This document shows positions 7,977 through 17,680 of a stretch of DNA of 64,000 bases, one piece after another. Below the pieces are notes generated by a model that saw only the letters and a program-made list of their open reading frames with translations, made no database searches and was not told the DNA's origin. The stretch is from NCBI GenBank assembly GCA_964583415.1, contig CAZOWJ010000002.1, positions 35,365 through 99,364 of the forward strand. Reading direction: 5' to 3'. The translations under genes were made by a program, and so were the position numbers. Every line of letters starts with the position of its first letter. The first letter of the stretch is position 1. Source of the DNA: an uncultured Desulfocapsaceae bacterium. Lineage in GTDB: Bacteria > Desulfobacterota > Desulfobulbia > Desulfobulbales > Desulfocapsaceae.

Positions 7977-10388
7977 TTATTGAGGGTTAAGCGGGTTTTC
8001 GAGCTTGTATCGTTCTATTTTCCTGCGTAGTGTGTCCTTTGATATGCCGAGTTCCCGGCAGGTAATCATCTTTTTCCATTTGTTGCGCTCAAGAGAACTG
8101 GCTATCGCCTGCTGTTCAATCTGATCGAGGGTCGCCCCAGCTTCCATAGCAGCGAAGTTGGTATGGTCTCTATGAGAATCGGGCAGAAAAGACTCTGGAA
8201 GATGATCTTCTTGAATAAATCCAGCGCTACAGAGGATGAATCCATATTCTATGATGTTTTCAAGTTCTCTGATGTTCCCCGGAAATGAATGAAGCATAAG
8301 CTTTTTTAATACAGCATCGCTGACACCGACAATGTCTTTTTGCTTTTCAGCCCTGAATTTATCAACAAAGTGATCGATCAGCAGTGGTATGTCTTCCTTG
8401 CGGTCGCGCAGCGGGGGCAGCGTGATATCGACAACCTTGAGACGATAATAGAGATCATCCCTGAATAGACCATCGTCGACAAGTTGTTTCAGATCACGAT
8501 TGGTTGCGGCTATGACCCGGACATCAGCCTTGATCGATTCGTTTGAGCCCAGTGGTTCATAAACCCGTTCTTCAAGTACGCGGAGAAGTTTAACTTGAAG
8601 GGAGTGGGGTATGTCTCCGATTTCGTCAAGAAAAATTGTGCCGCCCTCAGCTGCCGCAAAACGGCCCTCCCGGTCTTTTCTGGCATCGGTGAAAGCTCCT
8701 GACCGGTAGCCGAAGAGTTCGGATTCCAGCAACGTTTCAGGAATTGCGCCACAGTTAACGGAGAGAAAGGGCTGGTCTTTACGAGCGGAGGCGCTGACAA
8801 TTGCATCAGCCATAATTCCTTTTCCTGTACCGCTTTCCCCAAGGATAAGTACGGTGCTGTCACTGGTGGCGATATCGGGGAGGATCTGGAAAAATCGCTG
8901 CATGATATTGCTTTTACTTATGATTTCTTTGAAAGTGTAGCGTTGCATCAGTTGTTTACGCAACGATTCCATGACGGTCAGGTCCCGGAATGTTTCAACC
9001 CCGCCAACGACATTGCCAACCACATCAACCAGCGGTGACGCACTGATACTGATCGGTTTGCTTTTGCCTTCTTTGTCTTCGATCATTATCGAGCGGTTGG
9101 CAACTGGTCTTCCGGTATAAAGGCTTTCTGCGATCGCACAGTTTTTGCCGCAGATTGAAGAGTGGAAAACGTCACTGCAGAAACTGCCGATAGCAGCCTC
9201 CCGCTCCCATCCGGTGATGATTTCAGCAGCCATATTAAAAGAGGTAATTTGCCAGTTCCGGTCAACGGTAAACACACCATCGGCGATTGAATCGAGAATC
9301 AATTTGTTCTGCAGTGGCGCTGTATTGTCCCTGAAGGTCTGTACACAGCCGATGGCCCGTTTTTTGTCATCAAGCATTGGAGTGATCGAAACGACAATCG
9401 GGATATTGAAGCCATCCTTATCGGTTACAAAACCTTCCTGATCGATAATGTTGCACGGTTCTCCCGGGTCTGATGCGGTAATCGGGCAAGCAGATACCCC
9501 ATCAGCTGCGAAGAACAGTTCATCGCATGATCGACTGACAACATCATCTTCGAGCCAGCCTGTTATCCGTTCTGCACCTGCATTAAAAGATGTGATAATG
9601 CCCTTGCCATCAAAAGTGACGACCCCGTCGGCAACGGCATTTATTATGATATCACTCCTCACTGATTCACTGATGTCGCGAAAGGTCTCAACACCGCCAA
9701 TTACACGGTTTTCACTGTCAATAAGCGGTGCAGCACTGACGCTGACCGGAAAGGGCAGGCCGTTTTTTCGATAAATATATACATCACGGTCATGATAAAC
9801 ATTGGTGTTGTTCATAATACATGATGAGATTGCACATGATGACAGGCAGATATTTGATTGGAAAATCGTCTTACATGGCTTGCCGAGAACCTCCTCCTGT
9901 TTCCAGCCTGTCATTTTCTCGGCTGCTGAGTTAAAGGAGGTGATTTTCATCTCACCATCGACAGTAAATACTCCTTCCGCAATGGAGTCAAGTGCCAGTG
10001 CCCGCGGGGTTACGACCTCTGAGCGGTCAACCAGGCCGATATAAAATCCAAGGATATTTGCATCTGAATCAGGCAGGACGACAATACGGACTTTCAGGTT
10101 GTCTATTGACTGCTGGCGTGAACCGGCAAGGAAAAACTGCTCCGTTTTTATTGATTCAAAAGGTTTTCTCAGTCTTTCTGTCAAAGGGGCAAAACGGCTG
10201 TCTGCTTCTATCAGCGTTACCAGATGTTTTCCCAGAATATCCTCTTTACGGTGGCCAAGTGTTTGCGCTGCCCTGTTATTACAGGAATTTATTATACAGG
10301 ATCGATCGATGGTGATAAAACCGCTGTCAGGTTCGTGCAACCGTTTGTTGGGGACTGCCATGATGAACTCCACGTAGTGATAACCCAT
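7977..10388 (-). CDS. Sigma-54-dependent transcriptional activator with four N-terminal PAS domains
   Basis: AAA+ core GESGTGKG, a GAFTDA loop variant, DEIGDI, and a C-terminal Fis-type HTH (ITCRELGISKDTLRRKIERY). Three near-repeat PAS units each carry ITSFN.AAE..TGW. Confidence 0.9.
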   Translation of the reverse strand: MGYHYVEFIMAVPNKRLHEPDSGFITIDRSCIINSCNNRAAQTLGHRKEDILGKHLVTLIEADSRFAPLTERLRKPFESIKTEQFFLAGSRQQSIDNLKVRIVVLPDSDANILGFYIGLVDRSEVVTPRALALDSIAEGVFTVDGEMKITSFNSAAEKMTGWKQEEVLGKPCKTIFQSNICLSSCAISSCIMNNTNVYHDRDVYIYRKNGLPFPVSVSAAPLIDSENRVIGGVETFRDISESVRSDIIINAVADGVVTFDGKGIITSFNAGAERITGWLEDDVVSRSCDELFFAADGVSACPITASDPGEPCNIIDQEGFVTDKDGFNIPIVVSITPMLDDKKRAIGCVQTFRDNTAPLQNKLILDSIADGVFTVDRNWQITSFNMAAEIITGWEREAAIGSFCSDVFHSSICGKNCAIAESLYTGRPVANRSIMIEDKEGKSKPISISASPLVDVVGNVVGGVETFRDLTVMESLRKQLMQRYTFKEIISKSNIMQRFFQILPDIATSDSTVLILGESGTGKGIMADAIVSASARKDQPFLSVNCGAIPETLLESELFGYRSGAFTDARKDREGRFAAAEGGTIFLDEIGDIPHSLQVKLLRVLEERVYEPLGSNESIKADVRVIAATNRDLKQLVDDGLFRDDLYYRLKVVDITLPPLRDRKEDIPLLIDHFVDKFRAEKQKDIVGVSDAVLKKLMLHSFPGNIRELENIIEYGFILCSAGFIQEDHLPESFLPDSHRDHTNFAAMEAGATLDQIEQQAIASSLERNKWKKMITCRELGISKDTLRRKIERYKLENPLNPQ

Positions 10389-10636
10389 TTACATTTCTAG
10401 GTTATTTCACTATAAGCTTAAATAGAAGACTCTGCAATAAGTATGTATGAGTTTTCAGGTGAGCACAGGGCGCGATCTGTTTGCCCAACAGAATAGAAAC
10501 GTCACAGTTGTCCGGACATAAATGAAGTGAAACAGTTTGTAATACATGCTAAAGTGCAGATTATATTATACTACTCAGTAACAGATTGCGCTGAATCAGG
10601 GTGTTGAGGTCCATTTATAACCGGTAAACATAAAGA

Positions 10637-11767
10637 ATGTCTTCAAGCGCAGAAAAACAGCCTCAGAACGATATATTGACCACCGATGGGCACTCCGTTC
10701 ATGCCGTTGCTGGAATTGAACTCTTTCACTCAATTCAGGATCCCGTCCTTATAGTAACACCTCCCGGAATAATTATTGATGCCAACAAGGCAACCTTGCT
10801 GGCAGCCGGCAAAACTCGTGATGAGATCATAGGCAAGGGGATCTGCGAAATCATACACGGCGGCCGCTGGCCTCATATCAAGTGTCCTCTGGAGGAATTT
10901 CTGCTTACCTGCACCGGCAGAAACGAAGATACTCGCCTTCCCGGCCTCGGCGGAGAATATCATCTGACCATCACTCCGCTGGTAGATCTGGATGAGTCTG
11001 TTCAGTCAATTCTACTGCAGGCGCGTAGGCTTACCAGTGAGGAGTCAAGTAAAGTTGAGACTATTCGAACGGCCCAACTGGCTGCCATCGGCGAACTCGC
11101 AGCAGGTGTCGCCCACGAGGTCAATAACCCCATCAATGGTATCATTAATTATGCCCAGTTGTTGCTCGATGACGCTGAGAAGGGCACGCTCCAGGCCGAA
11201 TTGCTTGGAAGAATAGTCCAGGAGGGCGATCGGATTGCAACGATCATATACAGTCTGCTCTCCTTTGCCCGTGAAAATGAAAATGAGCTCAAGGAAATCG
11301 AATTTAAAGAGGTGATTCATTCCTGTATCAATCTGGTGGATCACCAGTTAAAAAGTGAAGGAATTCAACTGGAACTGCATCTTTCAGAGCGCAGCTGCAT
11401 AATTGTCGGTAACTATATGCAGCTCCAGCAGGTTATTCTCAATACCATCAACAACAGCAGGTATGCACTCAATGAACGCTACCCTGAGAGTTCAGCCGAC
11501 AAACGGCTTCGGATAAGTTGTGAACCTGTCCAGGCAGAAGAGGGAAGTGAGATAAAGGTCATTATTAGGGATTTTGGTACTGGGATTCCCCAGGGAATCC
11601 TCGACAAGCTCTTTGAGCCGTTCTTTACCAGTAAACCTGCCGGCCAGGGGACCGGCCTTGGCTTGAGCATCAGCTACGGCATCATTAAGAATCACGGTGG
11701 CAGGCTGTCAGTTGATTCGATTCTTAATAAATATACCGATATGATAATTACCATACCGGAGGCTTAA
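10637..11767 (+). CDS. Soluble PAS-domain sensor histidine kinase
   Basis: There is no TM segment. It has a PAS domain, the H-box [25 protein letters not shown], an N-box [10 protein letters not shown], and G-boxes RDFGTGIP and GTGLGLS. Confidence 0.85.
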   Translation: MSSSAEKQPQNDILTTDGHSVHAVAGIELFHSIQDPVLIVTPPGIIIDANKATLLAAGKTRDEIIGKGICEIIHGGRWPHIKCPLEEFLLTCTGRNEDTRLPGLGGEYHLTITPLVDLDESVQSILLQARRLTSEESSKVETIRTAQLAAIGELAAGVAHEVNNPINGIINYAQLLLDDAEKGTLQAELLGRIVQEGDRIATIIYSLLSFARENENELKEIEFKEVIHSCINLVDHQLKSEGIQLELHLSERSCIIVGNYMQLQQVILNTINNSRYALNERYPESSADKRLRISCEPVQAEEGSEIKVIIRDFGTGIPQGILDKLFEPFFTSKPAGQGTGLGLSISYGIIKNHGGRLSVDSILNKYTDMIITIPEA

Positions 11768-11782
11768 AAAATTACCGAACCT

Positions 11783-13549
11783 ATGCTCGATCGGAATATC
11801 CTGATAGTAGATGATGAGGAGAGTTTACGGTTGACGTTTGAAATGTTTCTCAAGCGAGAGGGATATAGCAACGTACAGACCGCAGCCACCGTTGAAGAGG
11901 CCCTTACGGCAATAAGCAAAGGCCGGTTTGATCTCATCATCAGTGATATCGTTCTGGGCGGAGAAAAAGGCACCGAGCTTCTGCGTCATATACGACAAAC
12001 AGGTATTTCCTGTCCCGTTGTCATGGTTACCGGTTTTCCAAACCTGGAGACCGCTTCTGAAGCTGTTCGGCTTGGCGCTTTTGACTACATTTCCAAACCG
12101 GTAAATAAGGAGAAGCTTCTGAAGCTGGTTCGGCAAGCGCTGGCCTTCTGGGAGCTCGAGCTTGAAAAACGCTCACTTATTATACAGAACGAGAAGTATC
12201 AGCATTACCTGGAGGCAATTTTCAGCTCGGTTGAAGATGCCATTATAGCAGTTGATAACCGCTGTAACATTCTCAAGCTCAACCGGACAGCAGAGTCGCT
12301 GCTTGATGAATTTCGTGATGACAGTGACAGCGATGGAAAGGTTTTACCGGGCGAGATAGGCAGCGCCTGTATGAAAGACGCACTGCTGGTCATCGAGAAG
12401 GGCAGTATTGTCAGGGAACATATCATTGAATGTGTCAATGTGGACGGCGCCTCAAAAATGTTTTCGATTAATGCGGCACCACTTGATATAGATGATGAAA
12501 TTTCTAACGGTGCGGTAATTGTTGTGCGTGACGTAACGAGGGCAGAGGAACAGAATGTGCCGTCACAGAGGGAACAATTCCATGGCTTTGTCGGCGCCAG
12601 CCAGGTTATGCAGTCTATCTATCGACTCATTGAAAATGTTGGTAAGGTTGAAACTGCCGTTTTGATAGCCGGCGAATCGGGAACAGGCAAGGAACTGGCC
12701 GCAGAGGCGCTGCACGCAGAAAGTTCTCGAAGTACCATGCCCCTTGTAAAGGTTGACTGTGGAGCGTTACCTGAGGAATTGCTGGAAAGTGAGCTTTTCG
12801 GTCACCGTAAGGGTGCTTTTACCGGCGCTGATCGTGACAGACCTGGCAGATTGCTGCAGGCTGACAAGGGAACACTGTTACTTGACGAAATTGGTGATAT
12901 AACCCATCGTATGCAATTACGGCTTCTTCGCTTTCTGCAGGAGATGACCTTTACCCCCGTTGGAATGGATACTCCGGTCAGTGTTGATGTCCGTGTGATT
13001 GCTGCAACCAATGTCAACCTACGGGAAAAAGTTCGAGAGGGTGGCTTCCGCGAAGATCTTTATTATCGACTCAAAGTTGTTGAAATCGTTCTCCCCCCCC
13101 TACGTGATAGAAAAAAGTGCCTGCCAATACTCATCAACCATTTTCTTACTTTTTTCTCACAAAAACATGCCAGGCATGTTCATTCGATCTCTGATCGGGC
13201 CATGGATGCAATGGTGTCTTACTCTTGGCCCGGTAACGTCAGAGAACTAAAACATATAATGGAGCGGGGCGTTGTGCTCTGCCTTGGCAATAACCTGTTG
13301 CTGGAACATCTCCCGGATGAAATACTTGAATATAATAGTCCACCAGACCCTGCGCTAGAACGATCTGGGAATGTACCGCAATCACACCATCTCAGCCACG
13401 ATCAGATATATTCAGCACAGCAGAACGAACTTATTGAAGCTCTCAAACAGGCTGGCGGCAACAAGTCCAGGGCTGCTCAAATTCTCGATATAGACCGGTC
13501 GACACTGTATCGCCGGCTTCGTCGATTTAAGATCACAACCGGACCGTAG
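11783..13549 (+). CDS. NtrC-family sigma-54-dependent response regulator (REC-PAS-AAA+-HTH)
   Basis: REC domain (ILIVDDE..DLIISD..), GESGTGKE, an intact GAFTGA, and a C-terminal HTH (AAQILDIDRSTLYRRLRRF). It starts 16 nt after the kinase gene. Confidence 0.9.
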   Translation: MLDRNILIVDDEESLRLTFEMFLKREGYSNVQTAATVEEALTAISKGRFDLIISDIVLGGEKGTELLRHIRQTGISCPVVMVTGFPNLETASEAVRLGAFDYISKPVNKEKLLKLVRQALAFWELELEKRSLIIQNEKYQHYLEAIFSSVEDAIIAVDNRCNILKLNRTAESLLDEFRDDSDSDGKVLPGEIGSACMKDALLVIEKGSIVREHIIECVNVDGASKMFSINAAPLDIDDEISNGAVIVVRDVTRAEEQNVPSQREQFHGFVGASQVMQSIYRLIENVGKVETAVLIAGESGTGKELAAEALHAESSRSTMPLVKVDCGALPEELLESELFGHRKGAFTGADRDRPGRLLQADKGTLLLDEIGDITHRMQLRLLRFLQEMTFTPVGMDTPVSVDVRVIAATNVNLREKVREGGFREDLYYRLKVVEIVLPPLRDRKKCLPILINHFLTFFSQKHARHVHSISDRAMDAMVSYSWPGNVRELKHIMERGVVLCLGNNLLLEHLPDEILEYNSPPDPALERSGNVPQSHHLSHDQIYSAQQNELIEALKQAGGNKSRAAQILDIDRSTLYRRLRRFKITTGP

Positions 13550-13566
13550 TGTTGCGTTAGTGTTGC

Positions 13567-13610
13567 GACCAGGTGTCGCGGTGGAACAGTTTCGCGACAC
13601 CTGGTCTTTT
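13567..13610 (+). terminator. Rho-independent terminator after the response regulator
   Basis: GACCAGGTGTCGCG / CGCGACACCTGGTC forms a 14-bp perfect stem, followed by TTTT. Confidence 0.7.
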
Positions 13611-13741
13611 ACGATTGCGCCATCATCGTTATCCCCTTCCTGTCAATATGTACTTTCAACCACTCTAGTAATAAAACATTATATCGTTTTATCAATATCT
13701 TATATGGGGTGGCATTTTTTATACCCAGTTTTACGACAATG

Positions 13742-13757
13742 TGGCATGCGTGATGCA
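13742..13757 (+). promoter_or_regulatory. Candidate sigma-54 (-24/-12) promoter
   Basis: TGGCAT-GCGTG-ATGCA compared with consensus TGGCAC-N5-TTGCW. The GG and GC dinucleotides have the canonical spacing. It lies ~55 nt upstream of ATG 13811, directly downstream of a sigma-54 activator gene. Confidence 0.5.
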
Positions 13758-13810
13758 ATGTGGTAGTGCAAGAGACAACAACACTCCAATAACTCAAATT
13801 GAGGGCCACC

Positions 13811-14023
13811 ATGAAAACAGCAATCCTTAAGAAGACAAGAACTGAGACGAGAACAGTTGGGAACGTTGACGAACAGGTATACAAGGTTGGTATAGCTGTT
13901 GTTGGTTCATGCTCTCTGGCGATCGGCATCTGGGCAACCGTAGCTCTGGTAAGCGGGATGGTTGCAAGCGGTGGGCCGGGCGCACTCATCAGTGACTGGT
14001 TCAGGGCAGTTATTGGCTCTTAA
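13811..14023 (+). CDS. Small hydrophobic protein, paralog 1 (unknown family)
   Basis: 70 aa from ATG 13811 (RBS GAGGG). It has a basic N-terminus, then VGIAVVGSCSLAIGIWATVALVSGMVASGGPGALISDWFRAVIGS. It shares K.G...G.W...GM.ASGGP....WF.AV.G with the next ORF. Confidence 0.55.
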   Translation: MKTAILKKTRTETRTVGNVDEQVYKVGIAVVGSCSLAIGIWATVALVSGMVASGGPGALISDWFRAVIGS

Positions 14024-14052
14024 TACGATAATAAACAAAACGAGGCACTGTC

Positions 14053-14271
14053 ATGATAGAAAGAACGAAAGTACAAGAGAATACAAAGGCAACCATATCC
14101 ACCGGTACCGATGCTGCCACCGAGGTCTCAAAAATTGGTGTTATGACAATAGCTGCATTTGGTGCTGTAGTTGGCCTCTGGTCAGTTGCCTGCATAATCG
14201 GAGGCATGGCAGCAAGTGGCGGCCCTCTGGCTTTCGTCGGTGCCTGGTTTAATGCGGTGACGGGAATGTAG
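14053..14271 (+). CDS. Small hydrophobic protein, paralog 2 (unknown family)
   Basis: 72 aa with RBS GAGG. The sequence is ...KIGVMTIAAFGAVVGLWSVACIIGGMAASGGPLAFVGAWFNAVTGM. The similarity to paralog 1 is most evident in the protein alignment. Confidence 0.6.
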   Translation: MIERTKVQENTKATISTGTDAATEVSKIGVMTIAAFGAVVGLWSVACIIGGMAASGGPLAFVGAWFNAVTGM

Positions 14272-14298
14272 TGATCGTTTAAGTAGAGTAATTTTTTT

Positions 14299-14343
14299 TA
14301 AAAAAGGACCACGAGCTCATCTGCTCAGTGGTCCTTTTTTTTT
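14299..14343 (+). terminator. Strong rho-independent terminator after the small-protein pair
   Basis: AAAAAAGGACCAC-loop-GTGGTCC followed by T9. Confidence 0.8.
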
Positions 14344-14459
14344 GTAATTATCCTGAATTATGTAATAAACGTTTACTTTAAAATATGATTAAATAGGTGT
14401 ATAACATGGTTGTTGGGAGAGAACGAAGACAGAGCTGATTTCGGCTGCAAGGGATACGT

Positions 14460-16286
14460 ATGGCAATTCTGGTCAGAAATTTACTGATCTATTTCATTAT
14501 CTGTTTCGCTTTTTTTATCGCAGGGTTGATTTATCATCTCGAAACGAGATTGGTACAGAAGGATTATTCTGACCTGCTGAAAGATATCGATAAGGGCATT
14601 GTCAGTGAAGTTGTCATCCAACAGGATATCGTTGAGGTTACCACAAAATCAGGAAACAGGTACACAACTGTTGTCCAGGAGCCGGCCTATCTTGCCACCA
14701 GCTGGCATGGCAGTAATATACGCATCTCATACAGAAAAGATTACGCTGCGTTCGTTTTCTACGGGATAAGTCTCGTTTTTCTTACCTCTCTGTTCCTCGT
14801 TTCATGGCTTTCGTTGAAAGTAAAAGAAAATGAGTCACAGAGTTCAGCTTTTGCAAATGACAAACTCATTTCACCGGGAACAGAGCTCAAAAAAATCACC
14901 TTCAATGATGTTGCCGGTATTCCTGAAGCAAAGGAGGAATTACGCGAAATTGTCGGCTTTCTGAAAAATCCTGAGCAATACAGAGAAATCGGCGCCACGA
15001 CCCCGAAAGGTGTACTGCTGCAGGGCCCTCCCGGAACCGGAAAAACGCTGCTTGCCCGAGCGATTGCTGGAGAAGCCGGTGTTCCTTTCTATTCCTTCAG
15101 TGGCTCTGATTTTGTAGAGATGTTTGTCGGGGTTGGGGCATCGCGGGTACGGGATCTTTTCAGCGAGGCAAAAAAAAATGCACCCTGCATTATTTTCATT
15201 GATGAGATTGATGCTGTCGGCGCCAGTAGAAAGACCTCCGCATCGGATGGCAATGATGAGAGAGGGCAGACCCTGAACGCCTTGCTGGTGGAAATGGATG
15301 GTTTCAGTCCATCGGACAATATTGTTGTTCTTGCCGCAACCAACCGGCCAGATATCCTTGATCGGGCCCTGAAGCGCTCGGGTCGTTTTGATCGGCAGAT
15401 AACCATCGTGCCGCCCGATGTAAAAGGAAGAAAGCAGATACTCGATGTTCATTGCCGGACCATTAAAATGAACCCCGATGTTGATCTTGAAGAAATTGCC
15501 ACATTGACCTCAGGGTTTACCGGTGCGGAGTTGGCAAGCCTGGTAAATGAAGCGGCGCTGCTGGCTGCCCGCCATAAGAAAAGCAGTGTAGAGCAGGATG
15601 ATTTTGATCTGGCCCACGATCGCATTCTTCTGGGTGTGGAACGCAAGGGACTGGTTATTTTGGAAAAAGATAAGCGGGTCCTCGCTTTTCACGAGGCTGG
15701 CCATGCGATTGTTGCCAAGTTGCTGCCCGACTCGGATCCAGTTCATAAAATAACCATCATTCCGCGCGGGCGGGCTCTTGGACAGACTCAGCAGCTACCC
15801 ATTAATGACCGACAGGCTTATAGCAGAGAGTATCTCAAGAACAGGATTACCACATTGATGGGAGGGCGTGCTGCAGAAGAGCTTGTCTTTGGGTTGCAGA
15901 CAACCGGCGGCCAGTCCGATATACAGCAGGCCACGGCAATAGCCACTAATATGGTCTGTAAGTGGGGCATGAGCAAGGTTCTTGGACCTCAGGTTTATAT
16001 TGTCGATGATGATGATTTTCTCGGCCCCTCCAACAGCAGACTTGCAATGGGCGCCCGGACAGAGGCCCAGATTGACCGGGAAATCAAGGTTCTGTTGGAT
16101 GAGTGCTATCGGGAGGCTGTTGCCATCCTCGGCAACGAGCGGCTGTTTCTATCAGTTCTTGCAGACATCCTTATGCAGGTGGAAACCATCGACAGTGAAG
16201 AGTTTGATATTATCTACTCTTGTTCCCTGAAGAAAAAGTATGAATTTGAAATGGATGAATCACCTGAAGCCTGCAAAATTACCTAG
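14460..16286 (+). CDS. ftsH: ATP-dependent zinc metalloprotease FtsH
   Basis: Two N-terminal TM segments, Walker A GPPGTGKT, Walker [12 protein letters not shown], and the zinc site HEAGHA. Confidence 0.9.
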   Translation: MAILVRNLLIYFIICFAFFIAGLIYHLETRLVQKDYSDLLKDIDKGIVSEVVIQQDIVEVTTKSGNRYTTVVQEPAYLATSWHGSNIRISYRKDYAAFVFYGISLVFLTSLFLVSWLSLKVKENESQSSAFANDKLISPGTELKKITFNDVAGIPEAKEELREIVGFLKNPEQYREIGATTPKGVLLQGPPGTGKTLLARAIAGEAGVPFYSFSGSDFVEMFVGVGASRVRDLFSEAKKNAPCIIFIDEIDAVGASRKTSASDGNDERGQTLNALLVEMDGFSPSDNIVVLAATNRPDILDRALKRSGRFDRQITIVPPDVKGRKQILDVHCRTIKMNPDVDLEEIATLTSGFTGAELASLVNEAALLAARHKKSSVEQDDFDLAHDRILLGVERKGLVILEKDKRVLAFHEAGHAIVAKLLPDSDPVHKITIIPRGRALGQTQQLPINDRQAYSREYLKNRITTLMGGRAAEELVFGLQTTGGQSDIQQATAIATNMVCKWGMSKVLGPQVYIVDDDDFLGPSNSRLAMGARTEAQIDREIKVLLDECYREAVAILGNERLFLSVLADILMQVETIDSEEFDIIYSCSLKKKYEFEMDESPEACKIT

Positions 16287-16303
16287 GCTCTCCAGATACG
16301 AAT

Positions 16304-17227
16304 ATGCTGAACTCTACTAAATCCATACTTTACATAAGCTTTTTTATTGTTGGAATATCCCTGTTTCTTGTCATTATCCTGGGAGCCCGGCAGTTCCAGA
16401 TGAACAGGGAGTATTCAGAGATTACCGTGCTGAGCGAAAGAACCCTCTTTGCCTTTGCAACATTACGGGAACAGATTACCGAATCGTTGATCAGCAGCGA
16501 CTATCAGTTGCTCAGAGGGGTTATCCCCGAGATCGAAGATTTAAACAATACCATTACCAGATTTTTCGATAGCGACATTATCCCCGGTGAATATAAACTC
16601 GCCCTGACTGACAGGATTGATCTTGCAGGACTTGTAATTGATTTAAGAAAAGTTGGATCGGAACAGGATGATCCAGAATCAGGTCTCAGGATTCAGCAGG
16701 ATCTGCGGGTAATTGGAGACAATCTCTTTAAAATCGACAGGGTGATCACCGGTCAGATCAGGAATTCTGTTGTCAGTTTTCAGCTCGGTATAATCGGTGC
16801 AATGGGACTGCTCATCAGTTGCACCAGTTTTATCCTTATCCTGTTATACCGAAAGACAATCGGTCCAATGTTTGATTTGTCCCGACAACTGAGCAGCAAT
16901 CCTGAGGAACATGGTCAGCTTGTCTGCAGCACTGAGGTGGCAACCGAGATCGTCGAGATAACAGAATCCATTAACCGGATAATTGCAGAACAACCATTGT
17001 CAAATGGAACTGATGGGTCCGGCAGTTATGAAGATCAGGAAACGATCTCAAGGACGATTAACGAGACCACAAACAATCTTAACGGCATAATCAATTATGC
17101 CCAGTTGCTATTGGAATCTGAATCACAGCTCTCTGAAGAACAGCAACGAATGCTCGAGAAGATCATTAGCAGCGGCGAGCGAATCGCGGATGGGTGGCAG
17201 AGGATAAGCCAACGGTTCAGCGGTTAA
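16304..17227 (+). CDS. Membrane sensor-like protein (TM-periplasmic domain-TM-linker) ending in a His-less DHp-like domain, with no ATPase domain
   Basis: It has TM helices near residues 10-28 and 160-182. The C-terminus [27 protein letters not shown]...MLEKIISSGERIADGW parallels the H-box helix pair of the kinase at 10637-11767, with Asn at the His position. The protein ends about 50 aa later. Confidence 0.7.
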   Translation: MLNSTKSILYISFFIVGISLFLVIILGARQFQMNREYSEITVLSERTLFAFATLREQITESLISSDYQLLRGVIPEIEDLNNTITRFFDSDIIPGEYKLALTDRIDLAGLVIDLRKVGSEQDDPESGLRIQQDLRVIGDNLFKIDRVITGQIRNSVVSFQLGIIGAMGLLISCTSFILILLYRKTIGPMFDLSRQLSSNPEEHGQLVCSTEVATEIVEITESINRIIAEQPLSNGTDGSGSYEDQETISRTINETTNNLNGIINYAQLLLESESQLSEEQQRMLEKIISSGERIADGWQRISQRFSG

Positions 17228-17403
17228 GCTCAGCTGTCTAATCTTTTTTCGTTCGTGCCTCAGTTACCATTAACCAAAACGTCCGGTAATATAATCTTCA
17301 GTGAGTTTATGGCCTGGGTGACATTATAACCAGCAACGGTGTCATCCACGTAATTGATGCTGTGATGCTTCCGTAATACATTACTTAGATTTAAAGTCTT
17401 TAA

Positions 17404-17440
17404 ACAAACGGGCCTTGATTTTAGAATCAGGCCCGTTTGT
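17404..17440. terminator. 12-bp perfect hairpin, a possible terminator (strand uncertain)
   Basis: ACAAACGGGCCT-13 nt-AGGCCCGTTTGT. Only weak T-runs flank it on either strand. Confidence 0.35.
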
Positions 17441-17525
17441 CTTTGGGGTATGGCTGTCTTCACTGCCCAATTGCAGCCAGCCTCTTCGGCATCGAATCTA
17501 TCAGATCAAAAGTATGGATTAACAC

Positions 17526-17680
17526 TGAACTGGAGAAATAATAAAAGAACATCTGGTATCAACCCGAAGCTGTTATTTTATGACCCAGTTCGAGGGAATT
17601 TACGCTACAGTTTGGAACGGTTGGTTTTGCAGGGTAGTGAGTATCGCTGTTGCTTTCATACAGGAGTGTACCCAGCTCCT
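17526..17680 (+). repeat. ~155-bp repeat, IS3-orfA-derived remnant (copy 1)
   Basis: About 80% identical to 21433-21586 (TGAACTGGAGAA.TAATAAAAGAACA..TGGTATCAAC.CGAA...GGTTGGTTTTGCAG...GTGTACCCA.CTCCT). Confidence 0.5.

Noticed and set aside
13811-14271. The small proteins after a sigma-54 two-component pair resemble the pilS-pilR-pilA arrangement of Geobacter-type pilins.
   Set aside because: Neither peptide has the type IV prepilin G/FTLIE cleavage motif or the Flp G/xxxxEY motif. The hydrophobic segment is central rather than N-terminal.
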